From Eledone cirrhosa (Eukaryota): a DNA stretch of 64,000 nt. The DNA lies in assembly GCA_964016885.1 (NCBI GenBank), contig OZ024741.1:209684001-209748000 (forward strand). The letters run 5' to 3'. Positions 23,601 to 38,145 of the stretch are shown piece by piece; position 1 is the stretch's first letter, and each line of letters opens with the position of its first letter. The position numbers were made by a program, and so were the translations under genes. Under the pieces are notes generated by a model. That model made no database searches and had not been told where the DNA came from. It saw only the letters and a list, made by a program, of their open reading frames with translations.

Positions 23601-26600
23601 GATCGTGGGCCGGCCGGATGTCGGATCAATTCGTAAATACAAGGATAATGTGCGGACACTCCTTGGCTGTGTGCGGCATGATTTTCAGGACGATATCTCC
23701 GTAAAATCAAGAGTTGATAACCCCAACTTAACTTAACCCCAACTTAACTTAACCGCAACTTAACTTAACCGCAACCTAACTTAACCCCAACTTAACTTAA
23801 CCGCAACCTAACTTAACCCCAACTTAACTTAACCGCAACTTAACTTAACCCCAACCTAACTTAACCCCAACTTAACTTAACCGCAACTTAACTTAACCGC
23901 AACCTAACTTAACCCCAACTTAACTTAACCGCAACTTAACTTAACCGCAACTTAGCTTAACCCCAACCCTTGGTGGGATCGATCTGTAATTACTGGTACA
24001 TGTGCAGACACTCATTGGCTGTGTGTGGCCTGATTTTCAGAAAGATATCTCCGTAAAATAACGAGTGGTGGCTGCGTAAAATAATGAATTACGCACGAAA
24101 ATGAGAAAATTTCGATTCTCGATCGTGGGCCGGCCGGATGTCGGATCGATTCGTAAATACAAGGATAATGTGCGGACACTCCTTGGCTGTGTGCGGCATG
24201 ATTTTCAGGACGATATCTCCGTAAAATCAAGAGTTGATAACCCCAACTTAACTTAACCCCAACTTAACTTAACCGCAACTTAACTTAACCGCAACCTAAC
24301 TTAACCCCAACTTAACTTAACCGCAACCTAACTTAACCCAAACTTAACTTAACCGCAACTTAACTTAACCCCAACCTAACTTAACCCCAACTTAACTTAA
24401 CCGCAACTTAACTTAACCGCAACCTAACTTAACCCCAACTTAACTTAACCGCAACTTAACCCCAACTTAGCTTAACCCCAACCCTTAGTGGGATCGATCT
24501 GTAATTACTGGTACATGTGCAGACACTCATTGGCTGTGTGTGGCCTGATTTTTAGAAAGATATCTCCGTAAAATAACGAGTGGTGGCTGCGTAAAATAAT
24601 GAATTACGCACGAAAATGAGAAAATTTCGATTCTCGATCGTGGGCCGGCCGGATGTCGGATCGATTCGTAAATACAAGGATAATGTGCGGACACTCCTTG
24701 ACTGTGTGCGGCATGATTTTCAGGACGATATCTCCGTAAAATCAAGAGTTGATAACCCCAACTTAACTTAACCCCAACTTAACTTAACCGCAACTTTACT
24801 TAACCGCAACCTAACTTAACCCCAACTTAACTTAACCGCAACCTAACTTAACCCCAACTTAACTTAACCCCAACTTAACTTAACCCCAACCTAACTTAAC
24901 CCCAACTTAACTTAACCGCAACTTAACTTAACCGCAACCTAACTTAACCCCAACTTAACTTAACCGCAACTTAACTTAACCGCAACTTAGCTTAACCCCA
25001 ACCCTTGGTGGGATCGATCTGTAATTACTGGTACATGTGCAGACACTCATTGGCTGTGTGTGGCCTGATTTTCAGAAAGATATCTCCGTAAAATAACGAG
25101 TGGTGGCTGCGTAAAATAATGAATTACGCACGAAAATGAGAAAATTTCGATTCTCGATCGTGGGCCGGCCGGATGTCGGATCGATTCGTAAATACAAGGA
25201 TAATGTGCGGACACTCCTTGGCTGTGTGCGGCATGATTTTCAGGACGATATCTCCGTAAAATCAAGAGTTGATAACCCCAACTTAACTTAACCCCAACTT
25301 AACTTAACCCCAACTTAACTTAACCCCAACTTAACTTAACCGCAACTTAACTTAACCGCAACCTAACTTAACCCCAACTTAGCTTAACCGCAACTTAACT
25401 TAACCCCAACCTAACTTAACCCCAACTTAACTTAACCGCAACTTAACTTAACCGCAACCTAACTTAACCCCAACTTAACTTAACCGCAACTTAACTTAAC
25501 CGCAACTTAGCTTAACCCCAACCCTTGGTGGGATCGATCTGTAATTACTGGTACATGTGCAGACACTCATTGGCTGTGTGTGGCCTGATTTTCAGAAAGA
25601 TATCTCCGTAAAATAACGAGTGGTGGCTGCGTAAAATAATGAATTACGCACGAAAATGAGAAAATTTCGATTCTCGATCGTGGGCCGGCCGGATGTCGGA
25701 TCGATTCGTAAATACAAGGATAATGTGCGGACACTCCTTGGCTGTGTGCGGCATGATTTTCAGGACGATATCTCCGTAAAATCAAGAGTTGATAACCCCA
25801 ACTTAACTTAACCCCAACTTAACTTAACCGCAACTTAACTTAACCGCAACCTAACTTAACCCCAACTTAACTTAACCGCAACCTAACTTAACCCCAACTT
25901 AACTTAACCGCAACTTAACTTAACCCCAACCTAACTTAACCCCAACTTAACTTAACCGCAACTTAACTTAACCGCAACCTAACTTAACCCCAACTTAACT
26001 TAACCGCAACTTAACTTAACCGCAACTTAGCTTAACCCCAACCCTTGGTGGGATCGATCTGTAATTACTGGTACATGTGCAGACACTCATTGGCAGTGTG
26101 TGGCCTGATTTTCAGAAAGATATCTCCGTAAAATAACGAGTGGTGGCTGCGTAAAATAATGAATTACGCACGAAAATGAGAAAATTTCGATTCTGGATCG
26201 TGGGCCGGCCGGATGTCGGATCGATTCGTAAATACAAGGATAATGTGCGGACACTCCTTGGCTGTGTGCGGCATGATTTTCAGGACGATATCTCCGTAAA
26301 ATCAAGAGTTGATAACCCCAACTTAACTTAACCCCAACTTAACTTAACCGCAACTTAACTTAACCGCAACCTAACTTAACCCCAACTTAACTTAACCGCA
26401 ACCTAACTTAACCCCAACTTAACTTAACCGCAACTTAACTTAACCCCAACCTAACTTAACCCCAACTTAACTTAACCGCAACTTAACTTAACCGCAACCT
26501 AACTTAACCCCAACTTAACTTAACCGCAACTTAACTTAACCGCAACTTAGCTTAACCCCAACCCTTGGTGGGATCGATCTGTAATTACTGGTATATGTGC

Positions 26601-29600
26601 AGACACTCATTGGCTGTGTGTGGCCTGATTTTCAGAAAGATATCTCCGTAAAATAACGAGTGGTGGCTGCGTAAAATAATGAATTACGCACGAAAATGAG
26701 AAAATTTCGATTCTCGATCGTGGGCCGGCCGGATGTCGGATCGATTCGTAAATACAAGGATAATGTGCGGACACTCCTTGGCTGTGTGCGGCATGATTTT
26801 CAGGACGATATCTCCGTAAAATCAAGAGTTGATAACCCCAACTTAACTTAACCCCAACTTAACTTAACCGCAACTTAACTTAACCGCAACCTAACTTAAC
26901 CCCAACTTAACTTAACCGCAACCTAACTTAACCCCAACTTAACTTAACCGCAACTTAACTTAACCCCAACCTAACTTAACTCCAACTTAACTTAACCGCA
27001 ACTTAACTTAACCGCAACCTAACTTAACCCCAACTTAATTTAACCGCAACTTAACTTAACCGCAACTTAGCTTAACTCCAACCCTTGGTGGGATCGATCT
27101 GTAATTACTGGTACATGTGCAGACACTCATTGGCTGTGTGTGGCCTGATTTTCAGAAAGATATCTCCGTAAAATAACGAGTGGTGGCTGCGTAAAATAAT
27201 GAATTACGCACGAAAATGAGAAAATTTCGATTCTCGATCGTGGGCCGGCCGGATGTCGGATCGATTCGTAAATACAAGGATAATGTGCGGACACTCCTTG
27301 GCTGTGTGCGGCATGATTTTCAGGACGATATCTCCGTAAAATCAAGAGTTGATAACCCCAACTTAATTTAACCCCAACTTAACTTAACCGCAACTTAACT
27401 TAACCGCAACCTAACTTAACCCCAACTTAACTTAACCGCAACCTAACTTAACCCCAACTTAACTTAACCGCAACTTAACTTAACCCCAACCTAACTTAAC
27501 CCCAACTTAACTTAACCGCAACTTAACTTAACCGCAACCTAACTTAACCCCAACTTAACTTAACCGCAACCTAACTTAACCCCAACTTAACTTAACCGCA
27601 ACTTAACTTAACCCCAACCTAACTTAACCCCAACTTAACTTAACGGCAACTTAACTTAACTGCAACCTAACTTAACCCCAACTTAACTTAACCGCAACTT
27701 AACTTAACCGCAACTTAACTTAACCGCAACCTAACTTAACCCCAACTTAACTTAACCGCAACTTAACCCCAACTTAGCTTAACCCCAACCCTTGGTGGGA
27801 TCGATCTGTAATTACTGGTACATGTGCAGACACTCATTGGCTGTGTGTGGCCTGATTTTTAGAAAGATATCTCCGTAAAATAACGAGTGGTGGCTGCGTA
27901 AAATAATGAATTACGCACGAAAATGAGAAAATTTCGATTCTCGATCGTGGGCCGGCCGGATGTCGGATCGATTCGTAAATACAAGGATAATGTGCGGACA
28001 CTCCTTGGCTGTGTGCGGCATGATTTTCAGGACGATATCTCCGTAAAATCAAGAGTTGATAACCCCAACTTAACTTAACCCCAACTTAACTTAACCGCAA
28101 CTTTACTTAACCGCAACCTAACTTAACCCCAACTTAACTTAACCGCAACCTAACTTAACCCCAACTTAACTTAACCCCAACTTAACTTAACCCCAACCTA
28201 ACTTAACCCCAACTTAACTTAACCGCAACTTAACTTAACCGCAACCTAACTTAACCCCAACTTAAATTAACCGCAACTTAACTTAACCGCAACTTAGCTT
28301 AACCCCAACCCTTGGTGGGATCGATCTGTAATTACTGGTACATGTGCAGACACTCATTGGCTGTGTGTGGCCTGATTTTCAGAAAGATATCTCCGTAAAA
28401 TAACGAGTGGTGGCTGCGTAAAATAATGAATTACGCACGAAAATGAGAAAATTTCGATTCTCGATCGTGGGCCGGCCGGATGTCGGATCGATTCGTAAAT
28501 ACAAGGATAATGTGCGGACACTCCTTGGCTGTGTGCGGCATGATTTTCAGGACGATATCTCCGTAAAATCAAGAGTTGATAACCCCAACTTAACTTAACC
28601 CCAACTTAACTTAACCGCAACTTAACTTAACCGCAACCTAACTTAACCCCAACTTAACTTAACCGCAACCTAACTTAACCCCAACTTAACTTAACCGCAA
28701 CTTAACTTAACCCCAACTTAACTTAACCCCAACTTAACTTAACCGCAACTTAACTTAACCGCAACCTAACTTAACCCCAACTTAACTTAACCGCAACTTA
28801 ACTTAACCGCAACTTAGCTTAACCCCAACCCTTGGTGGGATCGATCTGTAATTACTGGTATATGTGCAGACACTCATTGGCTGTGTGTGGCCTGATTTTC
28901 AGAAAGATATCTCCGTAAAATAACGAGTGGTGGCTGCGTAAAATAATGAATTACGCACGAAAATGAGAAAATTTCCATTCTCGATCGTGGGCCGGCCGGA
29001 TGTCGGATCAATTCGTAAATACAAGGATAATGTGCGGACACTCCTTGGCTGTGTGCGGCATGATTTTCAGGACGATATCTCCGTAAAATCAAGAGTTGAT
29101 AACCCCAACTTAACTTAACCCCAACTTAACTTAACCGCAACTTAACTTAACCGCAACCTAACTTAACCCCAACTTAACTTAACCGCAACCTAACTTAACC
29201 CCAACTTAACTTAACCGCAACTTAACTTAACCCCAACCTAACTTAACCCCAACTTAACTTAACCGCAACTTAACTTAACCGCAACCTAACTTAACCCCAA
29301 CTTAACTTAACCGCAACTTAACTTAACCGCAACTTAGCTTAACCCCAACCCTTGGTGGGATCGATCTGTAATTACTGGTACATGTGCAGACACTCATTGG
29401 CTGTGTGTGGCCTGATTTTCAGAAAGATATCTCCGTAAAATAACGAGTGGTGGCTGCGTAAAATAATGAATTACGCACGAAAATGAGAAAATTTCGATTC
29501 TCGATCGTGGGCCGGCCGGATGTCGGATCGATTCGTAAATACAAGGATAATGTGCGGACACTCCTTGGCTGTGTGCGGCATGATTTTCAGGACGATATCT

Positions 29601-32600
29601 CCGTAAAATCAAGAGTTGATAACCCCAACTTAACTTAACCCCAACTTAACTTAACCGCAACTTAACTTAACCGCAACCTAACTTAACCCCAACTTAACTT
29701 AACCGCAACCTAACTTAACCCCAACTTAACTTAACCGCAACTTAACTTAACCCCAACCTAACTTAACCCAAACTTAACTTAACCGCAACTTAACTTAACC
29801 GCAACCTAACTTAACCCCAACTTAACTTAACCGCAACTTAACTTAACCGCAACTTAACTTAACCCCAACCTAACTTAACCCCAACTTAACTTAACCGCAA
29901 CTTAACTTAACCGCAACCTAACTTAACCCCAACTTAACTTAACCGCAACTTAACTTAACCGCAACTTAGCTTAACCCCAACCCTTGGTGGGATCGATCTG
30001 TAATTACTGGTATATGTGCAGACACTCATTGGCTGTGTGTGGCCTGATTTTCAGAAAGATATCTCCGTAAAATAACGAGTGGTGGCTGCGTAAAATAATG
30101 AATTACGCACGAAAATGAGAAAATTTCGATTCTCGATCGTGGGCCGGCCGGATGTCGGATCGATTCGTAAATACAAGGATAATGTGCGGACACTCCTTGG
30201 CTGTGTGCGGCATGATTTTCAGGACGATATCTCCGTAAAATCAAGAGTTGATAACCCCAACTTAACTTAACCCCAACTTAACTTAACCGCAACTTAACTT
30301 AACCGCAACCTAACTTAACCCCAACTTAACTTAACCGCAACCTAACTTAACCCCAACTTAACTTAACCGCAACTTAACTTAACCCCAACCTAACTTAACT
30401 CCAACTTAACTTAACCGCAACTTAACTTAACCGCAACCTAACTTAACCCCAACTTAATTTAACCGCAACTTAACTTAACCGCAACTTAGCTTAACTCCAA
30501 CCCTTGGTGGGATCGATCTGTAATTACTGGTACATGTGCAGACACTCATTGGCTGTGTGTGGCCTGATTTTCAGAAAGATATCTCCGTAAAATAACGAGT
30601 GGTGGCTGCGTAAAATAATGAATTACGCACGAAAATGAGAAAATTTCGATTCTCGATCGTGGGCCGGCCGGATGTCGGATCGATTCGTAAATACAAGGAT
30701 AATGTGCGGACACTCCTTGGCTGTGTGCGGCATGATTTTCAGGACGATATCTCCGTAAAATCAAGAGTTGATAACCCCAACTTAACTTAACCCCAACTTA
30801 ACTTAACCGCAACTTAACTTAACCGCAACCTAACTTAACCCCAACTTAACTTAACCGCAACCTAACTTAACCCCAACTTAACTTAACCGCAACTTAACTT
30901 AACCCCAACCTAACTTAACTCCAACTTAACTTAACCGCAACTTAACTTAACCGCAACCTAACTTAACCCCAACTTAATTTAACCGCAACTTAACTTAACC
31001 GCAACTTAGCTTAACTCCAACCCTTGGTGGGATCGATCTGTAATTACTGGTACATGTGCAGACACTCATTGGCTGTGTGTGGCCTGATTTTCAGAAAGAT
31101 ATCTCCGTAAAATAACGAGTGGTGGCTGCGTAAAATAATGAATTACGCACGAAAATGAGAAAATTTCGATTCTCGATCGTGGGCCGGCCGGATGTCGGAT
31201 CGATTCGTAAATACAAGGATAATGTGCGGACACTCCTTGGCTGTGTGCGGCATGATTTTCAGGACGATATCTCCGTAAAATCAAGAGTTGATAACCCCAA
31301 CTTAATTTAACCCCAACTTAACTTAACCGCAACTTAACTTAACCGCAACCTAACTTAACCCCAACTTAACTTAACCGCAACCTAACTTAACCCCAACTTA
31401 ACTTAACCGCAACTTAACTTAACCCCAACCTAACTTAACCCCAACTTAACTTAACCGCAACTTAACTTAACCGCAACCTAACTTAACCCCAACTTAACTT
31501 AACCGCAACCTAACTTAACCCCAACTTAACTTAACCGCAACTTAACTTAACCCCAACCTAACTTAACCCCAACTTAACTTAACGGCAACTTAACTTAACC
31601 GCAACCTAACTTAACCCCAACTTAACTTAACCGCAACTTAACTTAACCGCAACTTAACTTAACCGCAACCTAACTTAACCCCAACTTAACTTAACCGCAA
31701 CTTAACCCCAACTTAGCTTAACCCCAACCCTTGGTGGGATCGATCTGTAATTACTGGTACATGTGCAGACACTCATTGGCTGTGTGTGGCCTGATTTTTA
31801 GAAAGATATCTCCGTAAAATAACGAGTGGTGGCTGCGTAAAATAATGAATTACGCACGAAAATGAGAAAATTTCGATTCTCGATCGTGGGCCGGCCGGAT
31901 GTCGGATCGATTCGTAAATACAAGGATAATGTGCGGACACTCCTTGGCTGTGTGCGGCATGATTTTCAGGACGATATCTCCGTAAAATCAAGAGTTGATA
32001 ACCCCAACTTAACTTAACCCCAACTTAACTTAACCGCAACTTTACTTAACCGCAACCTAACTTAACCCCAACTTAACTTAACCGCAACCTAACTTAACCC
32101 CAACTTAACTTAACCCCAACTTAACTTAACCCCAACCTAACTTAACCCCAACTTAACTTAACCGCAACTTAACTTAACCGCAACCTAACTTAACCCCAAC
32201 TTAAATTAACCGCAACTTAACTTAACCGCAACTTAGCTTAACCCCAACCCTTGGTGGGATCGATCTGTAATTACTGGTACATGTGCAGACACTCATTGGC
32301 TGTGTGTGGCCTGATTTTCAGAAAGATATCTCCGTAAAATAACGAGTGGTGGCTGCGTAAAATAATGAATTACGCACGAAAATGAGAAAATTTCGATTCT
32401 CGATCGTGGGCCGGCCGGATGTCGGATCGATTCGTAAATACAAGGATAATGTGCGGACACTCCTTGGCTGTGTGCGGCATGATTTTCAGGACGATATCTC
32501 CGTAAAATCAAGAGTTGATAACCCCAACTTAACTTAACCCCAACTTAACTTAACCGCAACTTAACTTAACCGCAACCTAACTTAACCCCAACTTAACTTA

Positions 32601-33559
32601 ACCGCAACCTAACTTAACCCCAACTTAACTTAACCGCAACTTAACTTAACCCCAACTTAACTTAACCCCAACTTAACTTAACCGCAACTTAACTTAACCG
32701 CAACCTAACTTAACCCCAACTTAACTTAACCGCAACTTAACTTAACCGCAACTTAGCTTAACCCCAACCCTTGGTGGGATCGATCTGTAATTACTGGTAT
32801 ATGTGCAGACACTCATTGGCTGTGTGTGGCCTGATTTTCAGAAAGATATCTCCGTAAAATAACGAGTGGTGGCTGCGTAAAATAATGAATTACGCACGAA
32901 AATGAGAAAATTTCCATTCTCGATCGTGGGCCGGCCGGATGTCGGATCAATTCGTAAATACAAGGATAATGTGCGGACACTCCTTGGCTGTGTGCGGCAT
33001 GATTTTCAGGACGATATCTCCGTAAAATCAAGAGTTGATAACCCCAACTTAACTTAACCCCAACTTAACTTAACCGCAACTTAACTTAACCGCAACCTAA
33101 CTTAACCCCAACTTAACTTAACCGCAACCTAACTTAACCCCAACTTAACTTAACCGCAACTTAACTTAACCCCAACCTAACTTAACCCCAACTTAACTTA
33201 ACCGCAACTTAACTTAACCGCAACCTAACTTAACCCCAACTTAACTTAACCGCAACTTAACTTAACCGCAACTTAGCTTAACCCCAACCCTTGGTGGGAT
33301 CGATCTGTAATTACTGGTACATGTGCAGACACTCATTGGCTGTGTGTGGCCTGATTTTCAGAAAGATATCTCCGTAAAATAACGAGTGGTGGCTGCGTAA
33401 AATAATGAATTACGCACGAAAATGAGAAAATTTCGATTCTCGATCGTGGGCCGGCCGGATGTCGGATCGATTCGTAAATACAAGGATAATGTGCGGACAC
33501 TCCTTGGCTGTGTGCGGCATGATTTTCAGGACGATATCTCCGTAAAATCAAGAGTTGAT
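14644..33559. repeat. 17-monomer HOR, period 9321 bp, 2 copies, containing a nested 7-monomer 3939-bp repeat
   Basis: 9321-bp pairs: 15206/24527 (515-bp monomer), 16766/26087 (GGCAGTG), 18513/27834 and 22452/31773 (707-bp monomers), 20705/30026 (632-bp monomers). Nested 3939-bp pairs: 18513/22452, 19553/23492, 27834/31773, 30026/33965. Confidence 0.95.
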
Positions 33560-35359
33560 AACCCCAACTTAACTTAACCCCAACTTAACTTAACCGCAAC
33601 TTAACTTAACCGCAACCTAACTTAACCCCAACTTAACTTAACCGCAACCTAACTTAACCCCAACTTAACTTAACCGCAACTTAACTTAACCCCAACCTAA
33701 CTTAACCCAAACTTAACTTAACCGCAACTTAACTTAACCGCAACCTAACTTAACCCCAACTTAACTTAACCGCAACTTAACTTAACCGCAACTTAACTTA
33801 ACCCCAACCTAACTTAACCCCAACTTAACTTAACCGCAACTTAACTTAACCGCAACCTAACTTAACCCCAACTTAACTTAACCGCAACTTAACTTAACCG
33901 CAACTTAGCTTAACCCCAACCCTTGGTGGGATCGATCTGTAATTACTGGTATATGTGCAGACACTCATTGGCTGTGTGTGGCCTGATTTTCAGAAAGATA
34001 TCTCCGTAAAATAACGAGTGGTGGCTGCGTAAAATAATGAATTACGCACGAAAATGAGAAAATTTCGATTCTCGATCGTGGGCCGGCCGGATGTCGGATC
34101 GATTCGTAAATACAAGGATAATGTGCGGACACTCCTTGGCTGTGTGCGGCATGATTTTCAGGACGATATCTCCGTAAAATCAAGAGTTGATAACCCCAAC
34201 TTAACTTAACCCCAACTTAACTTAACCGCAACTTAACTTAACCGCAACCTAACTTAACCCCAACTTAACTTAACCGCAACCTAACTTAACCCCAACTTAA
34301 CTTAACCGCAACTTAACTTAACCCCAACCTAACTTAACTCCAACTTAACTTAACCGCAACTTAACTTAACCGCAACCTAACTTAACCCCAACTTAATTTA
34401 ACCGCAACTTAACTTAACCGCAACTTAGCTTAACTCCAACCCTTGGTGGGATCGATCTGTAATTACTGGTACATGTGCAGACACTCATTGGCTGTGTGTG
34501 GCCTGATTTTCAGAAAGATATCTCCGTAAAATAACGAGTGGTGGCTGCGTAAAATAATGAATTACGCACGAAAATGAGAAAATTTCGATTCTCGATCGTG
34601 GGCGGGCCGGATGTCGGATCGATTCGTAAATACAAGGATAATGTGCGGACACTCCTTGGCTGTGTGCGGCATGATTTTCAGGACGATATCTCCGTAAAAT
34701 CAAGAGTTGATAACCCCAACTTAATTTAACCCCAACTTAACTTAACCGCAACTTAACTTAACCGCAACCTAACTTAACCCCAACTTAACTTAACCGCAAC
34801 CTAACTTAACCCCAACTTAACTTAACCGCAACTTAACTTAACCCCAACCTAACTTAACCCCAACTTAACTTAACCGCAACTTAACTTAACCGCAACCTAA
34901 CTTAACCCCAACTTAACTTAACCGCAACCTAACTTAACCCCAACTTAACTTAACCGCAACTTAACTTAACCCCAACCTAACTTAACCCCAACTTAACTTA
35001 ACGGCAACTTAACTTAACCGCAACCTAACTTAACCCCAACTTAACTTAACCGCAACTTAACTTAACCGCAACTTAGCTTAACCCCAACCCTTGGTGGGAT
35101 CGATCTGTAATTACTGGTACATGTGCAGACACTCATTGGCTGTGTGTGGCCTGATTATCAGAAAGATATCTCCGTAAAATAACGAGTGGTGGCTGCGTAA
35201 AATAATGAATTACGCACGAAAATGAGAAAATTTCGATTCTCGATCGTGGGCCGGCCGGATGTCGGATCGATTCGTAAATACAAGGATAATGTGCGGACAC
35301 TCCTTGGCTGTGTGCGGCATGATTTTCAGGACGATATCTCCGTAAAATCAAGAGTTGAT

Positions 35360-38145
35360 AACCCCAACTTAACTTAACCCCAACTTAACTTAACCGCAAC
35401 TTAACTTAACCGCAACCTAACTTAACCCCAACTTAACTTAACCGCAACCTAACTTAACCCCAACTTAACTTAACCGCAACTTAACTTAACCCCAACCTAA
35501 CTTAACCCCAACTTAACTTAACCGCAACTTAACTTAACCGCAACCTAACTTAACCCCAACTTAACTTAACCGCAACTTAACTTAACCGCAACTTAGCTTA
35601 ACCCCAACCCTTGGTGGGATCGATCTGTAATTACTGGTACATGTGCAGACACTCATTGGCAGTGTGTGGCCTGATTTTCAGAAAGATATCTCCGTAAAAT
35701 AACGAGTGGTGGCTGCGTAAATAATGAATTACGCACGAAAATGAGAAAATTTCGATTCTCGATCGTGGGCCGGCCGGATGTCGGATCGATTCGTAAATAC
35801 AAGGATAATGTGCGGACACTCCTTGGCTGTGTGCGGCATGATTTTCAGGACGATATCTCCGTAAAATCAAGAGTTGATAACCCCAACTTAACTTAACCCC
35901 AACTTAACTTAACCGCAACTTAACTTAACCGCAACCTAACTTAACCCCAACTTAACTTAACCGCAACCTAACTTAACCCCAACTTAACTTAACCGCAACT
36001 TAACTTAACCCCAACCTAACTTAACCCCAACTTAACTTAACCGCAACTTAACTTAACCGCAACCTAACTTAACCCCAACTTAACTTAACCGCAACTTAAC
36101 TTAACCGCAACTTAGCTTAACCCCAACCCTTGGTGGGATCGATCTGTAATTACTGGTATATGTGCAGACACTCATTGGCTGTGTGTGGCCTGATTTTCAG
36201 AAAGATATCTCCGTAAAATAACGAGTGGTGGCTGCGTAAAATAATGAATTACGCACGAAAATGAGAAAATTTCGATTCTCGATCGTGGGCCGGCCGGATG
36301 TCGGATCGATTCCTAAATACAAGGATAATGTGCGGACACTCCTTGGCTGTGTGCGGCATGATTTTCAGGACGATATCTCCGTAAAATCAAGAGTTGATAA
36401 CCCCAACTTAACTTAACCCCAACTTAACTTAACCGCAACTTAACTTAACCGCAACCTAACTTAACCCCAACTTAACTTAACCGCAACCTAACTTAACCCC
36501 AACTTAACTTAACCGCAACTTAACTTAACCCCAACCTAACTTAACTCCAACTTAACTTAACCGCAACTTAACTTAACCGCAACCTAACTTAACCCCAACT
36601 TAATTTAACCGCAACTTAACTTAACCGCAACTTAGCTTAACTCCAACCCTTGGTGGGATCGATCTGTAATTACTGGTACATGTGCAGACACTCATTGGCT
36701 GTGTGTGGCCTGATTTTCAGAAAGATATCTCCGTAAAATAACGAGTGGTGGCTGCGTAAAATAATGAATTACGCACGAAAATGAGAAAATTTCGATTCTC
36801 GATCGTGGGCCGGCCGGATGTCGGATCGATTCGTAAATACAAGGATAATGTGCGGACACTCCTTGGCTGTGTGCGGCATGATTTTCAGGACGATATCTCC
36901 GTAAAATCAAGAGTTGATAACCCCAACTTAATTTAACCCCAACTTAACTTAACCGCAACTTAACTTAACCGCAACCTAACTTAACCCCAACTTAACTTAA
37001 CCGCAACCTAACTTAACCCCAACTTAACTTAACCGCAACTTAACTTAACCCCAACCTAACTTAACCCCAACTTAACTTAACCGCAACTTAACTTAACCGC
37101 AACCTAACTTAACCCCAACTTAACTTAACCGCAACCTAACTTAACCCCAACTTAACTTAACCGCAACTTAACTTAACCCCAACCTAACTTAACCCCAACT
37201 TAACTTAACGGCAACTTAACTTAACCGCAACCTAACTTAACCCCAACTTAACTTAACCGCAACTTAACTTAACCTCAACTTAACTTAACCGCAACCTAAC
37301 TTAACCCCAACTTAACTTAACCGCAACTTAACCCCAACTTAGCTTAACCCCAACCCTTGGTGGGATCGATCTGTAATTACTGGTACATGTGCAGACTCTC
37401 ATTGGCTGTGTGTGGCCTGATTTTTAGAAAGATATCTCCGTAAAATAACGAGTGGTGGCTGCGTAAAATAATGAATTACGCACGAAAATGAGAAAATTTC
37501 GATTCTCGATCGTGGGCCGGCCGGATGTCGGATCGATTCGTAAATACAAGGATAATGTGCGGACACTCCTTGGCTGTGTGCGGCATGATTTTCAGGACGA
37601 TATCTCCGTAAAATCAAGAGTTGATAACCCCAACTTAACTTAACCCCAACTTAACTTAACCGCAACTTTACTTAACCGCAACCTAACTTAACCCCAACTT
37701 AACTTAACCGCAACCTAACTTAACCCCAACTTAACTTAACCCCAACTTAACTTAACCCCAACCTAACTTAACCCCAACTTAACTTAACCGCAACTTAACT
37801 TAACCGCAACCTAACTTAACCCCAACTTAAATTAACCGCAACTTAACTTAACCGCAACTTAGCTTAACCCCAACCCTTGGTGGGATCGATCTGTAATTAC
37901 TGGTACATGTGCAGACACTCATTGGCTGTGTGTGGCCTGATTTTCAGAAAGATATCTCCGTAAAATAACGAGTGGTGGCTGCGTAAAATAATGAATTACG
38001 CACGAAAATGAGAAAATTTCGATTCTCGATCGTGGGCCGGCCGGATGTCGGATCGATTCGTAAATACAAGGATAATGTGCGGACACTCCTTGGCTGTGTG
38101 CGGCATGATTTTCAGGACGATATCTCCGTAAAATCAAGAGTTGAT
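35360..38145. repeat. Further partial copy of the 16.5-19.3 kb monomer series
   Basis: Same succession of GGCAGTG core, TATATG core, AACTCC block, 707-bp monomer with TTTTTAG core, and AACTTTACTT/AAATTAAC block. It has private changes: a 1-bp deletion near 35720 and TTCCTAAA near 36313. Confidence 0.85.
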
